From a virus (taxonomy: Duplodnaviria > Heunggongvirae > Uroviricota > Caudoviricetes), in the IMG/VR virus record IMGVR_UViG_2667528065_000006: 7,620 bases of DNA; one strand, given 5' to 3'. Of the stretch, positions 5,685 through 7,620 are shown in pieces; position 1 is the first letter of the stretch; each line of letters opens with the position of its first letter. The position numbers and the translations under genes are program-made. The notes under the pieces were generated by a model that saw only the letters and a list, made by a program, of their open reading frames with translations, searched no databases and was not told the origin of the DNA.

Positions 5685-7211
5685 TCAAAAATAAATCTCA
5701 CCATCAACCATATATTTAAGAGTACTTATCGCCTGCTGGGCGGATATTACTTTCATTAAAGGATAGTGTTTAAAAACAATGCCATTCATAAAATAGATAT
5801 CACAGGTTTTATTATCTGTATTAATTATAATTTTTTCGAATATTTTATAGGCAAGTGTACGACATAGCTCTCGCCCATTTTTACTGGTTAAATCAATAGC
5901 ATGAAAATCACCAAGTGAACTCACCCCTTTACTCTTCAAAGTTTTTAATGATACCGAAGCCCTTCGTAATTCCTTATCTAATAGTCTTATTTTCTCTGCT
6001 ATAGCGGTAACTTCAGGCGCGACAGACAATGCAACGATTAAATTATTAATTTTCATCTGAAGCTCAATAATTTTTAACTCTAAAGTTTCATTAGCATCTT
6101 TCTTGTTTTCAACTGGTTGAATTTTGCTACAATTAAAAAGCAATTCATTAATGATATTATAATCAACCAAATCTCTTTTTATTGATGGTCTGTCACATCG
6201 ATGTAATCTTCTCATCGGACAAACATAATAGCCATGCAAACTTCCAGATACCGCATGAACAATCATGGTATTACCACAAGCCTCACACTTCATAACTGTT
6301 CGAAGTAGATTTATTAGCATAGGATTCTTGCTACTATTGCTAATACCAAAAGGTGCCAACCGAATTTCCTGTACAGCGTAAAACAAATCATCTGATATGA
6401 CTCTGGGATAATAGCCAGCGATTTCACTTATCCCTTTCCCTCTTGCACGATATGAAGGTACGCATATACCTATCAGAGCTTTATTCGCTAATAATTTTTC
6501 AATTACAGAAGGTCCCCATGCACTTTCTTTTCCTGAGAAATTCTTTACAGCATGATCATTTAAATACTTGGCTATTGCATTCAATGAGCGCCTTTCCATC
6601 CTGAGTTTAAAAATTAGCTCAATAGTTTTCACCCTGTCGGGGTCTGGAACAAAAGCCGTTCTTTTGTCATCCAATGAGAGCCATCTCGGACAAGAAGCCG
6701 TCATAATCGTGCCTGACTCCAGTGCATCCTGCCGTTTTTTCTTCCATGATAATTTAACCCGACTTGACTTTATCTCGCTTTCTTCATTTGCCCTTTGTGC
6801 TATAAGTATGGCTTTTATTAATGAATATGGCTCATTCAATGAGTCAATATTATAGACTGTATTATCGCAAAGAGTTATAACATCAATACCGTGATTCAAA
6901 ATCAATTTCAGACGCTCAATCGCTTCACCGACTTTTTCTCTTGAAAGTCTGTCCAGACTTTCAACTAACAATGTAGTCCCTGGCAATATATAACCATGTT
7001 CTATAGCATCTAAAAATTCCGAAAAAGCTCCTGATTGTGCATGCTTTCCATTGAATGCGCTTAACCCCAAATCTTCATACGTTACGGTATCAAGGTAATA
7101 ATCACTATTTACCTTTAGCCATTCAGTAATAAGCCTTCTCTGGCGGTTTAATGAATCACCAGACATCTGACCTGGTGATGAAAATCGCATATATGCTATG
7201 GCTTTTTTCAT
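5685..7211 (-). CDS. ybcK: Large serine recombinase (resolvase/invertase N-terminal catalytic domain, recombinase domain, zinc ribbon), 508 aa; DLP12 YbcK-like
   Basis: N-terminus AIAYMRFSSPGQ...SLNRQ carries the serine-recombinase catalytic motif. A Cys cluster CEACGN...YYVCP forms a zinc ribbon, with a coiled-coil-like C-terminal region. SD AGGTG lies 5 nt upstream of the ATG at 7211. Confidence 0.9.
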   Translation of the reverse strand: MKKAIAYMRFSSPGQMSGDSLNRQRRLITEWLKVNSDYYLDTVTYEDLGLSAFNGKHAQSGAFSEFLDAIEHGYILPGTTLLVESLDRLSREKVGEAIERLKLILNHGIDVITLCDNTVYNIDSLNEPYSLIKAILIAQRANEESEIKSSRVKLSWKKKRQDALESGTIMTASCPRWLSLDDKRTAFVPDPDRVKTIELIFKLRMERRSLNAIAKYLNDHAVKNFSGKESAWGPSVIEKLLANKALIGICVPSYRARGKGISEIAGYYPRVISDDLFYAVQEIRLAPFGISNSSKNPMLINLLRTVMKCEACGNTMIVHAVSGSLHGYYVCPMRRLHRCDRPSIKRDLVDYNIINELLFNCSKIQPVENKKDANETLELKIIELQMKINNLIVALSVAPEVTAIAEKIRLLDKELRRASVSLKTLKSKGVSSLGDFHAIDLTSKNGRELCRTLAYKIFEKIIINTDNKTCDIYFMNGIVFKHYPLMKVISAQQAISTLKYMVDGEIYF

Positions 7212-7390
7212 GGTGACACCTGCTAAAGTATGCTTTTATAAACCTTAGTGGTGAGATATGATTTTTGTTTAATTTTTATTTAAAAAGACAATTAAGGTCA
7301 CATTATCTTGAATATACAACAATAATCGCATTGCAATTTTCTTACACCATAATCTTGAAAGCACAAAAGAATGAATAAAAACTAAAGACA

Positions 7391-7435
7391 TTAACAAAAA
7401 GCATAAAACGAGGCCCATATAAATATACGAGCCTC
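7391..7435 (-). terminator. Candidate terminator downstream of emrE (minus strand)
   Basis: Imperfect hairpin gaggc...gcctc (7410-7435) with an AT-rich inner stem. On the minus strand it is followed by gttttatgctttttgtt. It lies about 33 nt downstream of the emrE stop. Confidence 0.4.
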
Positions 7436-7453
7436 CATATTTTAGTCGTTTAA

Positions 7454-7476
7454 AAACAAATTATTTTTAATGTGGT
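7454..7476. repeat. Distal copy of the imperfect ~23-bp direct repeat flanking ybcK; overlaps the emrE stop codon
   Basis: aaacaaattatttttaatgtggt (7454-7476); see the partner at 5381-5403. Confidence 0.7.
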
Positions 7477-7620
7477 GTGCTTCGTGACAATAAATTAATA
7501 ACCAACACACCGGCACAAATCAACATCATGCCTATAATGGCTGGCAGGTCCAACCGTTGGCCGAAAAATCCCCATGATAGTAAGCTAATCAGGACAATAC
7601 CGACTCCTGACCAGATAGCA
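7468..7620 (-). CDS. emrE: 3' portion of the small multidrug resistance transporter EmrE (partial; continues beyond window end)
   Basis: The minus-strand translation ends ...[50 protein letters not shown], matching the EmrE C-terminus as I recall it. Stop TAA at 7468-7470. Confidence 0.85.

Noticed and set aside
6568-6855. 95-aa plus-strand ORF inside ybcK
   Set aside because: Antisense to the serine recombinase CDS; an AT-rich chance ORF.

Overview
The window reads as the interior of a DLP12-type defective lambdoid prophage (Escherichia/Shigella-like), in reverse orientation relative to the usual map. Gene identifications rest on my recollection of the E. coli K-12 DLP12 proteins and of phage 21, not on any search. 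On the minus strand, from high to low coordinates: emrE 3' end (7468-7620), ybcK large serine recombinase (5685-7211), ylcH, ybcN, ninE, ybcO, rusA, ylcG, a Q antiterminator (1961-2344), an S21-type pinholin (18-233) and the first codons of an endolysin (1-18). Two plus-strand cargo genes interrupt this backbone: an OmpC-family porin (NmpC-like, 657-1772) between Q and the holin, and a putative lipoprotein alpha/beta-hydrolase (4328-5335) where I would expect ybcL-ybcM. Several genes carry apparent lesions: rusA has two frameshifting insertions, ylcG probably has a +1 insertion, the hydrolase has ATG-TAA at its natural start, and the porin has an in-frame 33-bp tandem duplication in its last beta-strand. 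The holin-porin spacer holds two separate 25-bp tandem duplications, and ybcK is flanked by an imperfect ~23-bp direct repeat. I did not find a clearly novel multi-gene system; the hydrolase cargo and the repeat structures are the most interesting items. I could not locate the late promoter with confidence.
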